Source of the DNA: Minisyncoccia bacterium
Lineage (GTDB): Bacteria; Patescibacteriota; Minisyncoccia; Phycocordibacterales; CAIZLB01
DNA: 64,000 nt
NCBI GenBank assembly: GCA_041752275.1
Contig: JBGSHK010000009.1
Span: 19,156-83,155 of the forward strand
Reading direction: 5' to 3'
Part shown: positions 21,079 to 30,158 of the stretch, one piece after another
Layout: each line of letters begins with the position of its first letter
How positions within the stretch are numbered: the stretch's first letter is position 1
The notes under the pieces: generated by a model
Seen by the model: only the letters and a program-made list of their open reading frames with translations
Told to the model about the DNA's origin: nothing
The model's database searches: none
Made by a program: the position numbers and the translations under genes

Positions 21079-21855
21079 ATGAAAATCATAACTTGGAATG
21101 TAAATGGTCTGCGTGCAGTTTGGAAAAAAGGAGAATTTCAAAACCTTATCAAAAAATATCAACCCGACATACTCGGTATACAAGAAACAAAATCCTCTGT
21201 TGAACAACTTCATGATGATACAAAAAATCATGATGGGTATTATACATACTTTGAATCAGCAACTATGCGAAAAGGTTACTCTGGTGTTGCTATATATTCT
21301 CGCGAAGAACCACTAAACGTTAAAGCTACACTTGGCGATAAAAAATTTCTTGATAACGAAGGTAGGACTATCATTGCCGAATATGAGGATTTTTATTTGA
21401 TAAATTGTTATTGGCCAAACGGTGGCAAGTCTCCGGAACATTTTCAATACAAACTTGAATATTATGACAAATTTTTACACCTTGCCAAAAAACTTGAGAA
21501 AGAAAAACCTGTTATTTTCTTAGGAGATGTGAACGCTACAGTTGCTAACATAGACCTCGCTCGTCCAAAAGAAAACGCGGGTAAACTTGGCTGTACACCT
21601 GAAGAACGAGCATTGTTGAAAAAATACACAGATAGTTTTGTCGATACATGGCGTAGCGCTTATCCTGACAAAGTTGAATATACTTGGTGGGATATGAAAA
21701 CACGCTCAAGAGACAGAAACATAGGTTGGCGCATTGATTATATCTTTGTAAGTAAAAGTTTGTGGGATAAGGTTACAAACATAGAGATATTAGCAAATGT
21801 TTTCGGATCAGATCATTGCCCTGTGATGATAGAGTTGGATATGGATATGGAGTAA
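21079..21855 (+). CDS. xth: Exodeoxyribonuclease III (AP endonuclease)
   Basis: MKIITWNVNGLRA start, EEP-fold motifs, SDHCPV near the C-terminus. Confidence 0.92.
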   Translation: MKIITWNVNGLRAVWKKGEFQNLIKKYQPDILGIQETKSSVEQLHDDTKNHDGYYTYFESATMRKGYSGVAIYSREEPLNVKATLGDKKFLDNEGRTIIAEYEDFYLINCYWPNGGKSPEHFQYKLEYYDKFLHLAKKLEKEKPVIFLGDVNATVANIDLARPKENAGKLGCTPEERALLKKYTDSFVDTWRSAYPDKVEYTWWDMKTRSRDRNIGWRIDYIFVSKSLWDKVTNIEILANVFGSDHCPVMIELDMDME

Positions 21856-21889
21856 AGTCAATCTCGTAATAATTTGTATTTTTTCTATA

Positions 21890-23224
21890 ATGAAAATTGT
21901 TATGAAAAATACAAAACAAGACAAAAACAAATTACATGAAGTAATCATTCTCGACAACTTCCCTCCTGAAGACATAGCTATGCTTCAAGCATTATACTCA
22001 AGAGACCCTCGTACTGTACGAACCCACTTGGACAGAGTGCGCGAAGCAGGTCCTGGGAAGTTTATGGAGAAGTTTTATGTTGGATATGGACACAAGTCTA
22101 TTGGCGACTGTGGATCTACAACACTTTTCGTAGAAGGTGTGTCAATGCTTGGTGCGAAAGCAATACAAGATTGGCCATTGTATAACGGACAAGAGTCGTC
22201 CACTCGTTATCTTGATTTTTCAAAAATGAACCTTGCAAATCCACTAGGTACAAAAAAGGCTGAGGCAATACAACTAAAGTGGATGAAACTTTACAATGAA
22301 GCACTTGCTACTTTGATTAAAGCTTTAACAATAAAGTATCCGATAAAAGAAGGTGAAAAAACAGAGATCTATGAGAAAGCCATAAAGGCTCGTGCTTTTG
22401 ATATCTCAAGATGTCTCTTACCTGCAGGTATGACTACCATGGTTGCGTGGCATACAAACCTGAGACAAGCTGCAGATCACTTGAAAAACATGCATCATCA
22501 CCCACTACAAGAGGTTAAAAATGTTGCTGTGCAAATGATAGATGAGTTAAAAGCTAAATATCCAAACAGTTTTGGACATAAACAATATGAAGAGGAAGAA
22601 AAATATCTAGCGTCATCACAGGCCGAAGTTGCATACATGAAGCCATTTAAAGTTAAAGGTGTTGAATATAAATCATTTTTGAGAAAAGATATCTTGAAAC
22701 GATATGCAAGTATACTTAAAAACAGACCTCAGAAAGCAGAACTTCCTTATCAGATTAAGTCAGCTGGAGACATGATAGTAAAATACAACATAGACTTTGG
22801 ATCATATAGAGATATACAAAGACAAAGATCTGTTATTATGCCTCAACCACTGCTTACAACAAAGCTTGGTTTTCATCCTTGGTATTTAAACAATTTTCCA
22901 AAATCTTTTAGAGCAAAACTTGAAGGAGAAATAAAAAAACTTATTGTTGAGATAAATGCATTGAAATGTTCTGATGAAGATCGACAGTATTATATAGGTA
23001 TGGGATTTCAAGTATCGTTGGAAATGACGGCGACTATCCCTTCCCTTGTATATGTTGCAGAACTTCGTTCAGGTACAACAGTACATGCGTCCCTCCGCCC
23101 CATTGATCAAGAATTTGGAAAGATACTTAGAAAAGAGATTCCTGGAATGAAAATATACATTGACGAATCACCTGATGAATTTTCTGCAAAAAGAGGTGTA
23201 CAGGATATTGTGTTGAAAAAATAG
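21890..23224 (+). CDS. ThyX-like (flavin-dependent thymidylate synthase family) protein, divergent, apparently two-domain
   Basis: AWHTNLRQAADHL resembles the ThyX TVNARSL..HF motif, and ESSTRY resembles ELSGRYS. The canonical RHR motif is not evident in domain 1; RQRS occurs in the second half. 444 aa. Confidence 0.35.
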   Translation: MKIVMKNTKQDKNKLHEVIILDNFPPEDIAMLQALYSRDPRTVRTHLDRVREAGPGKFMEKFYVGYGHKSIGDCGSTTLFVEGVSMLGAKAIQDWPLYNGQESSTRYLDFSKMNLANPLGTKKAEAIQLKWMKLYNEALATLIKALTIKYPIKEGEKTEIYEKAIKARAFDISRCLLPAGMTTMVAWHTNLRQAADHLKNMHHHPLQEVKNVAVQMIDELKAKYPNSFGHKQYEEEEKYLASSQAEVAYMKPFKVKGVEYKSFLRKDILKRYASILKNRPQKAELPYQIKSAGDMIVKYNIDFGSYRDIQRQRSVIMPQPLLTTKLGFHPWYLNNFPKSFRAKLEGEIKKLIVEINALKCSDEDRQYYIGMGFQVSLEMTATIPSLVYVAELRSGTTVHASLRPIDQEFGKILRKEIPGMKIYIDESPDEFSAKRGVQDIVLKK

Positions 23225-23243
23225 TTTTTACAGGTTGTTTTAC

Positions 23244-23274
23244 AAAAAACCGTCGCTCACTCGGCGGTTTTTTT
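23244..23274. terminator. Bidirectional intrinsic terminator
   Basis: aaaaaa-CCGTCG-ctcact-CGGCGG-ttttttt. Confidence 0.6.
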
Positions 23275-23366
23275 ACTTAAGTGAGATAAAAATAAACACA
23301 TTTTCACATAAGTGAAATTTAAAATAAGTCCTCATTTCTTGGAGGGCTTATTTTTAATTGAGCTTA

Positions 23367-24263
23367 TTATCTCTCAAACATATTTAACAAATATCCATCT
23401 ATAAATCTCTGATCTAGATTATAAAAACTTATTTTATCTTGATACATTTGTGTTGCCAAAGCCTTGCCTACAAAACGCCAATGCCATGATTCATATGCAT
23501 AATATTGATTTCCTTTTGGGTATGAAAGTATAAACCCGTATCTGTGCGCATTATTTTGTAACCATGCATATTCTTTTGTTTTTTCAAAAGCTGTGTTGGC
23601 CGCTCTTATATTAGATGTTGTAAAATCAATAGTTGTTCCGAGCTGATGTTCAGAATATCCCTGATCAGCAACAAATCTATTTGCGCTATTTGAACCATAA
23701 GTAACTTTGTTTTGTGATTTTAAACTAGCCTGTGTCTCAAAAGATCTATATCCAGAAACAACCAAAAGATCCATACCCTCAAGTTTAGCATCATCTATCA
23801 TAGACAATAAAAAATACATCACATCTACATGTATACGATATTCGTTTTTAGGATAAGCAGTGTACTCGGGTAATATAGCTTGAGTTTCTCTGGGTGTATA
23901 ATTTTCATTTAAAAAATAAACCTTGGAATATTTTTGCAAGAGTTTTGGATCAGATCTAACAACTTTGTCTAAAGAACTAACCTTTTCCTCTAATGTTTTA
24001 TTTTTAAGACCTTCTTCATTTATAACCTTTGTCAGTGTTTCATATAAATCATTAAACTCTGCAGTGGATGATGCATGAACACCCCTTAGTTCATACAACT
24101 CTTTATTATAATTTTCATTTGCTACTTTTAATTCTTCTATTTTGTCAGACGAAAGATTTAGTTTATATTCTCCCCAAACAGCGTAAGCTATAAGTCCTAT
24201 GAAAAAAATAATAGAAAGTATTTTTATAAATATTGCTAATTTTGATTTTTTTCCCATATACAT
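23367..24263 (-). CDS. D-alanyl-D-alanine carboxypeptidase, M15B/VanY family
   Basis: N-terminal TM, then SGYRSFETQ, SEHQLGTTIDF and WHWRFVG (zinc ligands of the VanY fold). Confidence 0.8.
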   Translation of the reverse strand: MYMGKKSKLAIFIKILSIIFFIGLIAYAVWGEYKLNLSSDKIEELKVANENYNKELYELRGVHASSTAEFNDLYETLTKVINEEGLKNKTLEEKVSSLDKVVRSDPKLLQKYSKVYFLNENYTPRETQAILPEYTAYPKNEYRIHVDVMYFLLSMIDDAKLEGMDLLVVSGYRSFETQASLKSQNKVTYGSNSANRFVADQGYSEHQLGTTIDFTTSNIRAANTAFEKTKEYAWLQNNAHRYGFILSYPKGNQYYAYESWHWRFVGKALATQMYQDKISFYNLDQRFIDGYLLNMFER

Positions 24264-24294
24264 ATTGTAGCATGGTTAGTTTTTATATTTTTTA

Positions 24295-24861
24295 TTAGAC
24301 AGCATCAGGTAAACGTCCGTTTTTCTTTTTATACCATATTAAAAATGGTATCACTAAAATAAATGAAGTAAATATTATAACAGGTGTATTTAAAATAAGG
24401 CCTCCAAAATAATAAATAATAAAACCCATAGGAAAAGAAACCATAATAGAGCTTAGAAAATATGTAGTGGCTTTTATTTTAGTCAACCCTGCAATATAAT
24501 TTACGATATCAAAAAATGGACTTGAAAGGAAACGTAAACTAACTAGTGCCCAAAACTTTTCTGTTTCCGACAATTTATCTTCGAATGAGTGAATTTTTTC
24601 TATAGAAATAAATTTTCCAATCAAAGGTTCTCTAAACTTACGTCCTATAAAAAATGAAATCATTGAAGCCGTCACCACTGCTATTGTTGCATATATAAAA
24701 CCCCAAAACCAACCAAAAACTATAACACCAACTGCGTCCACTATAAGTCCAGGTATAGGTGGTATAACTACAGGAAGTATACGTATAAAAATAAATACAG
24801 CGGGGGCAATGATTGGATAGTCTATAAGAAATGCTTGTAGGGTTTGTATCATTACGATCAT
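24295..24861 (-). CDS. DedA / TVP38-TMEM64 family membrane protein
   Basis: ILPVVIPPIPGLIVDAVGVIVFGWFWGFIYATIAV...FFIGRKF pattern. Confidence 0.45.
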   Translation of the reverse strand: MIVMIQTLQAFLIDYPIIAPAVFIFIRILPVVIPPIPGLIVDAVGVIVFGWFWGFIYATIAVVTASMISFFIGRKFREPLIGKFISIEKIHSFEDKLSETEKFWALVSLRFLSSPFFDIVNYIAGLTKIKATTYFLSSIMVSFPMGFIIYYFGGLILNTPVIIFTSFILVIPFLIWYKKKNGRLPDAV

Positions 24862-24999
24862 TATACATTTTTACTTTATAAATTCATAATCGTCTTTGAA
24901 ATAAAGATCGTTTATATTACTTGAAAATTTACTTTTTCTTAGTTTTTTCTTTATATTTTCTTGAAAATTACTTTATATGACTGTTGATAGAATATTAAA

Positions 25000-25455
25000 A
25001 TGCATAAAAAATCACAATTTTTAAACGAATCAATCAGAATGTTAACAGAAGAAGAATCACTCTATTTAAACGACACTGAAAATGTATTGAGATCAAAAAC
25101 TGATAAAGCTATTATTTCACACTTACCTGGTTTTTTTTCAGATGATAACATTTCTAGGCCTTTAATTTTAACAAAAGAAACTGTGGTTAAAATAGAAAAT
25201 AAACATGGAAAAATAAATCCTGTGAATTTACTCATTAACACACATGATTGGAATATTGCAATTAAAAATATAGATAGAATCAATGGAAAGATATGTCTTA
25301 TTAAAAAAATTCCTTATTCTGAAAACATGTTACTTATAGCCGCTTTAAGGGTGAACGGTTACTTTGTCCTATCTCATTATGAAGTAGAGGTTTTAAAAGA
25401 TAATCAACTAAAAAGCCTCCTCGGTAGAGGAGGCGTTTTCAGAAAGGATGCCTGA
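25000..25455 (+). CDS. Hypothetical protein
   Basis: 151-aa ORF with no motif. Confidence 0.3.
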   Translation: MHKKSQFLNESIRMLTEEESLYLNDTENVLRSKTDKAIISHLPGFFSDDNISRPLILTKETVVKIENKHGKINPVNLLINTHDWNIAIKNIDRINGKICLIKKIPYSENMLLIAALRVNGYFVLSHYEVEVLKDNQLKSLLGRGGVFRKDA

Positions 25456-25573
25456 CCATGATCCATTGTATTTACCAATCAAGACTTTTATGTCTATCAG
25501 AGGAGGTTTCTGATGTCACAGGTAACATGTTTAGAGTTTAGTTCAAGTAATAATATATGTCAATACGTAAAAA

Positions 25574-26527
25574 TTAAACACCTTCATACATAAACTCATT
25601 TACCTCTTGCTCTTTTCCATATGTTTGTTGATGTGCCGTTCTGTACAATATGTATATAGAAACTATCTCTGCATAACTTGTAACCTGTTTTACCAGAGCC
25701 TGTCCATAGGCCTGTGTAAGATCACCTAGTGCTCGCCCAGCATTGCCAAGTCCCGGTATACCCATAGACACAGCTTTCAATCCTTCTGTCATAATCACTA
25801 CAAGTTGAGTTGTAATAGCATTTATTGAATCAACACCAATAGTTAATATAAGTGCCTTTTTAAAACCTTCACTTTTTGCAGTAACATTTAAAAGATTCAT
25901 TTTTTCATAAATAGAATTTATCTCAAGTTTTCCTCCTTTATACATATCTAAGAACACAAACCAAGAGAATCGCAGTTTTATACGAAGATAATAGTTGTAA
26001 ACAATAAAAGCAATAATAGAAGCGATCACAGTACCTAAGTATGAAAATAGAATTATATTTGAATCAAAATCAATATTGTTTGTTATAAGTAATATAGGTA
26101 CCGCAACAATTATAATCAAAAGGATTATTAGCGGAGTGAAATAATACTTAAAGAAAATATTAAATCTAAAAACTATAGCTGGCCACAAAAGTTTCTTAGC
26201 TAGTCCCCAACTTACCTTTCCACTTATTTCTTTTTTATCAAAGAATGAGTCAATCCAAATACGTTTTTCTATTTCAAAAATAAAACCAATGATGACCATA
26301 TAAATAATAGCAATAATAATATAAGCAAGAACATAAAGTATATTTGGAAAGGAGAATATAATTTGTTGTATATATTCTTCACCATAAAAACTATTGGCTC
26401 CGTATCCCAGAACAATAGCTAAAAGCACGGGCCATATGATCATGCCTGTGCGTAATAGAAGTAGTTTTTTACGGGCAATTATTTGCGCTCCTATTTCTTT
26501 GATTATTTCTTTGTATGTTGGTGTCAT
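25574..26527 (-). CDS. Hypothetical polytopic membrane protein
   Basis: 317 aa with multiple TM helices. Confidence 0.4.
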   Translation of the reverse strand: MTPTYKEIIKEIGAQIIARKKLLLLRTGMIIWPVLLAIVLGYGANSFYGEEYIQQIIFSFPNILYVLAYIIIAIIYMVIIGFIFEIEKRIWIDSFFDKKEISGKVSWGLAKKLLWPAIVFRFNIFFKYYFTPLIILLIIIVAVPILLITNNIDFDSNIILFSYLGTVIASIIAFIVYNYYLRIKLRFSWFVFLDMYKGGKLEINSIYEKMNLLNVTAKSEGFKKALILTIGVDSINAITTQLVVIMTEGLKAVSMGIPGLGNAGRALGDLTQAYGQALVKQVTSYAEIVSIYILYRTAHQQTYGKEQEVNEFMYEGV

Positions 26528-26540
26528 GTGTTTAGTATAG

Positions 26541-26578
26541 CAAAATAAAAATGCGTAACCTAGGTATTAGGTTACGCA
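26541..26578 (-). terminator. Strong intrinsic terminator
   Basis: TGCGTAACCTA-ggtat-TAGGTTACGCA (11-bp perfect stem) with a T-run on the minus strand. A second small hairpin GACGG..CCGTC lies at 26583-26597. Confidence 0.7.
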
Positions 26579-26605
26579 AATTGACGGACCAACCGTCATA
26601 ACTAA

Positions 26606-27352
26606 TTATTTTGCATCAGTAATCGCGAGGTCGATGACCTCGAGGTACTTATGGATGAGATCTTCACCACCTTCTTTGAAACGTCGCCCGGCGAACTTAG
26701 CGATATCTCGGTCGGGATAGTCTTTGAAAGCATCTTGCTCTATGTTTAGATTTTGATCTGGCTCCGCTAGTTCACCGGCCCTAATTCTATTTGCAATATC
26801 TTCAGCGGACAAGTTGTTTACTAACCAATTTTCGGCCAACTTCCAATTGTTTGAATCGTAGCCCAACAGCTCTGCCTCAAACCAAGTATTATAAACTTTT
26901 TGATGCTCTGGTTTAAGCATTGTCTCAAAACACATCTTGATGTTATAAAGAGTCTTTTTGAGACCATCCTTTTCCTCTTGGGTAAGTTTGGAAAACTCTT
27001 CTTTGAAGCGAGGTTGGATAATCAGATAAGTATCTTTCAGGTTTTCACCCGTAAAGAAGTATGATTTGATTCGGGCAATAATGATTGTACGACCTTGAAT
27101 GTAAGACTCCCAATCTTCCCAACTTAAATCCATTTTTTCATAGGTGGCAGAACGGGCTGAATGGTAGGCCTGATGACCTCCCGGTTCCATACCATATAAC
27201 TTTGCCGTCTTCCAAACCTCATCAAAAACATGTTCGGCAATAAAATCTTTGACAGAAAAGTTCAAGATTTTATCTATCAGCCTATCATCAATCTGAGCGG
27301 CGGATGCAGTTAAGGCGATTGTGGCAAAGGCGGCAATAAACAGTTTTTTCAT
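26606..27352 (-). CDS. Hypothetical secreted protein
   Basis: Signal peptide MKKLFIAAFATIALTASAA; non-AT-biased composition. Confidence 0.45.
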   Translation of the reverse strand: MKKLFIAAFATIALTASAAQIDDRLIDKILNFSVKDFIAEHVFDEVWKTAKLYGMEPGGHQAYHSARSATYEKMDLSWEDWESYIQGRTIIIARIKSYFFTGENLKDTYLIIQPRFKEEFSKLTQEEKDGLKKTLYNIKMCFETMLKPEHQKVYNTWFEAELLGYDSNNWKLAENWLVNNLSAEDIANRIRAGELAEPDQNLNIEQDAFKDYPDRDIAKFAGRRFKEGGEDLIHKYLEVIDLAITDAK

Positions 27353-27366
27353 GGTGGTGTTTATAG

Positions 27367-27400
27367 TTTTTGTTTTTGTTTTTGTTTTTGTTTTTTTGTT
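27367..27400. repeat. Microsatellite (TTTTTG)n
   Basis: Five tandem tttttg units in the intergenic region. Confidence 0.8.
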
Positions 27401-27460
27401 TGTATAATTTACTACCTATATATAATGTCATATATATAGTATAAAGTCAAGACAAGTTTT

Positions 27461-28396
27461 CTAAAACAACTCAAACAATTTTCCCATAAATAATGCATAT
27501 ATGATCAAATAAAATACAGCTTCTTGCATATGTATTTTCTTTGAAATACCGGAAAATGCAAACAATACAGTGGTCAATATCAAAACAGGTAAACCAATAG
27601 TCATAGTTTTAACATCAATAGAAAGATCTGAAAACAAAGCTGGTATACCAACTACCATCAAGATGTTAAAAATATTTGAACCAAAAATATTTCCCAAAGC
27701 AACTTCTGACTTCCCTGCTCGGGCCGCTTTTACGGAAACCAAGAGTTCAGGTAAAGATGTACCGACAGCAACTGCTGTTATTGAGATAATTGCTGGAGCT
27801 ATTTTTAATATATCTGAAATAGCTATAACTGCCTCTATGAGATAGTTTGCACTTACAGAAAGTAAAACAAGTCCTATTACAAGCCACATATAGTCTGCTC
27901 TTTTTGCTTTTTTCAGATTATTTAAACTATCATCTTTTTCATACACTTCTTTTGTGAAAATGGTAAACAAAACATAAGAGATGTATGCAGCAATAAGTAA
28001 TATACCTTCTATAAGAGTAATTTTTCCATCCAATGCTGTCATGTAAAAAAGAGCAGTTGAGGAAATCAACATTGGTATATCCAGATCAATTAGGTTTTTT
28101 GTAACAGTTAAGTTTTTAGCAACAAGTACCGATATACCAACTATTAAAAATATATTTGCAATGTTTGAACCGAGTGCGTTAGCTACCACTATCTCTGTAA
28201 CATTTCCAAAAACAGCAAATAGGGATGAGACTAGTTCAGGCATAGATGTACCAACTCCGACTATGGTTATACCGATAAGAAATGGTGACATTCCAAAAGA
28301 AAAACCTATTTTCTCAGCACTTTCCAGTAGCCAGTCGGCACTTTTAACTAGAAAGATAAGTGAGATGATGAATACTATAATCCAGATGATAAGCAT
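27461..28396 (-). CDS. Ca2+/cation antiporter (CaCA / YrbG family)
   Basis: Two alpha-repeat motifs: GNVTEIVVANALGSNIANIFLIVGI and ALGNIFGSNIFNILMVVGI. Confidence 0.85.
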   Translation of the reverse strand: MLIIWIIVFIISLIFLVKSADWLLESAEKIGFSFGMSPFLIGITIVGVGTSMPELVSSLFAVFGNVTEIVVANALGSNIANIFLIVGISVLVAKNLTVTKNLIDLDIPMLISSTALFYMTALDGKITLIEGILLIAAYISYVLFTIFTKEVYEKDDSLNNLKKAKRADYMWLVIGLVLLSVSANYLIEAVIAISDILKIAPAIISITAVAVGTSLPELLVSVKAARAGKSEVALGNIFGSNIFNILMVVGIPALFSDLSIDVKTMTIGLPVLILTTVLFAFSGISKKIHMQEAVFYLIIYALFMGKLFELF

Positions 28397-28442
28397 GAGG
28401 ATTATTGTAGCATAGGATAGTTAAAATGATATAATCATAAAT

Positions 28443-29084
28443 ATGAAATACTTCTTAATCATAGTTTTGTTGTTGATATCGTTGATTGGTATTTTCTTCT
28501 ATAACAAAAACGATGGAAAAATAAAAGAAACAAATCAACCTTTTAAAATAATAGCTTTTGGTGATTCTTTAACTGAGGGTTATGGAGTAAAACCAGAAGA
28601 AAGTTACCCTGCTATACTTGAAGTATATCTGAAAGAGGAAAATCCAAATATAGAAGTTGTAAACATGGGTTTATCAGGTGAAACAACTACAGAAGGACTG
28701 GCTAGAATAGATTCTGTTATATCTCAAAATCCTCAACTTGTACTTTTAGGACTCGGGGCGAACGACATGCTTCGCTCTACAGATACTGAGATAACTAAAG
28801 CAAATCTAGAAAAAATGATAATAACTTTTAAAGAGAATAATATCTTGGTTGTTCTTATGGGTGTGGAGGCTCAAATAAACAACAGTCCGAGTTTTAGAAA
28901 GAAGTTTAATGCAATATATAAAGATCTTGCAAAAAAACATGATGTAGCAATTGTTCCCTTCTTTTTGAAAAATGTTGTTTTAGTTAGATCTTTGAATGTA
29001 GATGGAATACATCCAAATGCTGAGGGTTATGAGAAAATAGTTGAGGAAAATGTTTTACCGGTGGTGAGGGATGTTTTGCGTTAA
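28443..29084 (+). CDS. SGNH/GDSL hydrolase (arylesterase/TesA-like)
   Basis: Block I IIAFGDSLTEGYG, a GxND block (GLGANDM) and a DGIHP block. Confidence 0.8.
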   Translation: MKYFLIIVLLLISLIGIFFYNKNDGKIKETNQPFKIIAFGDSLTEGYGVKPEESYPAILEVYLKEENPNIEVVNMGLSGETTTEGLARIDSVISQNPQLVLLGLGANDMLRSTDTEITKANLEKMIITFKENNILVVLMGVEAQINNSPSFRKKFNAIYKDLAKKHDVAIVPFFLKNVVLVRSLNVDGIHPNAEGYEKIVEENVLPVVRDVLR

Positions 29085-29087
29085 GGA

Positions 29088-29297
29088 TTACTTCAAACTA
29101 ATATTGTTTTTCTCAGCTATGTTTTTAATACTTCCACTTGATCGACCTAATGCAAGGCAAATGTCTTTCATAGGAGTTTTTAGTTTGACTAAGGCTTTGA
29201 GTTGTTTGATCTCGTCTGAAGTGTAGGGTTTACCGGAGTTTTCGATGTGGTTTTTTGTCATATACCAATATACTACCACCTTAACCCCACAACCCAA
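29088..29297 (-). CDS. Small hypothetical protein, possibly an HTH (likely starts at Met13, coordinate 29261)
   Basis: TSDEIKQLKALVKLKTPMKDICLALGRSSGSIKNIAEKN resembles a small helix-turn-helix. First ORF of the putative tRNA-adjacent island. Confidence 0.25.
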   Translation of the reverse strand: MGCGVKVVVYWYMTKNHIENSGKPYTSDEIKQLKALVKLKTPMKDICLALGRSSGSIKNIAEKNNISLK

Positions 29298-29709
29298 ACC
29301 TCTTCGTCACCGCATCAACCTCCTCTGTTGGACCATATAACAAACACCCTAGATATTTAAAATCCCCTGTTTCCTTCAAAAACATAGAATCATGAAGTTC
29401 ATCATCATGTCTTGTATCAAGCATTTCTTGAGGAAAATCTATAAGTACAATATCTTTATTATCTTTTACTGTATTGATCAGTTTAGATATATCATCACCA
29501 TTTCCTTGTTTAATAATAAAACCAAATCTTGCAATACCTTTATGATTGAAACCAGATTTGTCAGTTAATATTTCTCGACCCATCAAGTCTTCATCTTTAT
29601 TTACACCAAGAGATACAGACATATGACCTAGGACGTTGAGTGATTGCCAAGTCGGGATGTTTGAGTCGATAATGGCGATAATTTTCTTTTGTTTGTAGTT
29701 GTAGGGCAT
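29281..29709 (-). CDS. Hypothetical protein
   Basis: 142-aa ORF with no confident motif. Confidence 0.35.
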   Translation of the reverse strand: MPYNYKQKKIIAIIDSNIPTWQSLNVLGHMSVSLGVNKDEDLMGREILTDKSGFNHKGIARFGFIIKQGNGDDISKLINTVKDNKDIVLIDFPQEMLDTRHDDELHDSMFLKETGDFKYLGCLLYGPTEEVDAVTKRFGLWG

Positions 29710-29718
29710 GGATAAAAG

Positions 29719-30090
29719 TTAATTTAAATATAATAAGGTAATTAATGAAATTATAAGTATCGTAGGTATATAAACAAAAGGATTATCCATAGAAAACCAT
29801 TTTTTCTTAGAAATAGACCCTTGAATAATTTTTGTTTTTTCATTTACTAAATCTCCTCTAATTTGTGTAGACATAACAGAATCTTCACTTAAATGAATTT
29901 CACTGCCTTTCATTGTCATATCTCCACCAACTTCAAAATATAACCCAGGTTTGTATCCTAATTTTTGATATCTTAATCCAAGTTCTGTTTGAGCTTTCTG
30001 AAAACGACTTCCTGGTGTATTAGGATTTTCATGAAGTCTTATAATAGCTTCCAGTTCATCGTTATTCATTTTTGAAATATCTTCATTCAT
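29719..30090 (-). CDS. Hypothetical protein with C-terminal TM anchor
   Basis: 123 aa with a C-terminal hydrophobic tail IPTILIISLITLLYL. Confidence 0.35.
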   Translation of the reverse strand: MNEDISKMNNDELEAIIRLHENPNTPGSRFQKAQTELGLRYQKLGYKPGLYFEVGGDMTMKGSEIHLSEDSVMSTQIRGDLVNEKTKIIQGSISKKKWFSMDNPFVYIPTILIISLITLLYLN

Positions 30091-30100
30091 ATTATTTTGA

Positions 30101-30120
30101 TTTTCGGTTTATTTTCGGTT
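30101..30120 (+). promoter_or_regulatory. Direct repeat TTTTCGGTT x2 upstream of the LexA-MTase fusion gene (candidate operator)
   Basis: gaTTTTCGGTTtaTTTTCGGTTatac lies about 40 bp upstream of the start codon. Confidence 0.25.
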
Positions 30121-30158
30121 ATACTTAAATTATAGCAAAAATAAATATTATCGCAAAT

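Noticed and set aside
27367-27400. Short tandem repeat (TTTTTG)n. I considered a CRISPR or minisatellite.
   Set aside because: It is only ~5 units of a 6-mer with no spacers, i.e. a simple microsatellite. No CRISPR-like repeat-spacer array exists anywhere in the window.
29205-29245. Weak resemblance (CGGAGTTTTCGAT) to the tRNA-Glu 3' end, considered as the distal att repeat of the putative island.
   Set aside because: The match is short and imperfect, and it lies in the opposite orientation relative to the tRNA gene. The island boundary remains undefined.
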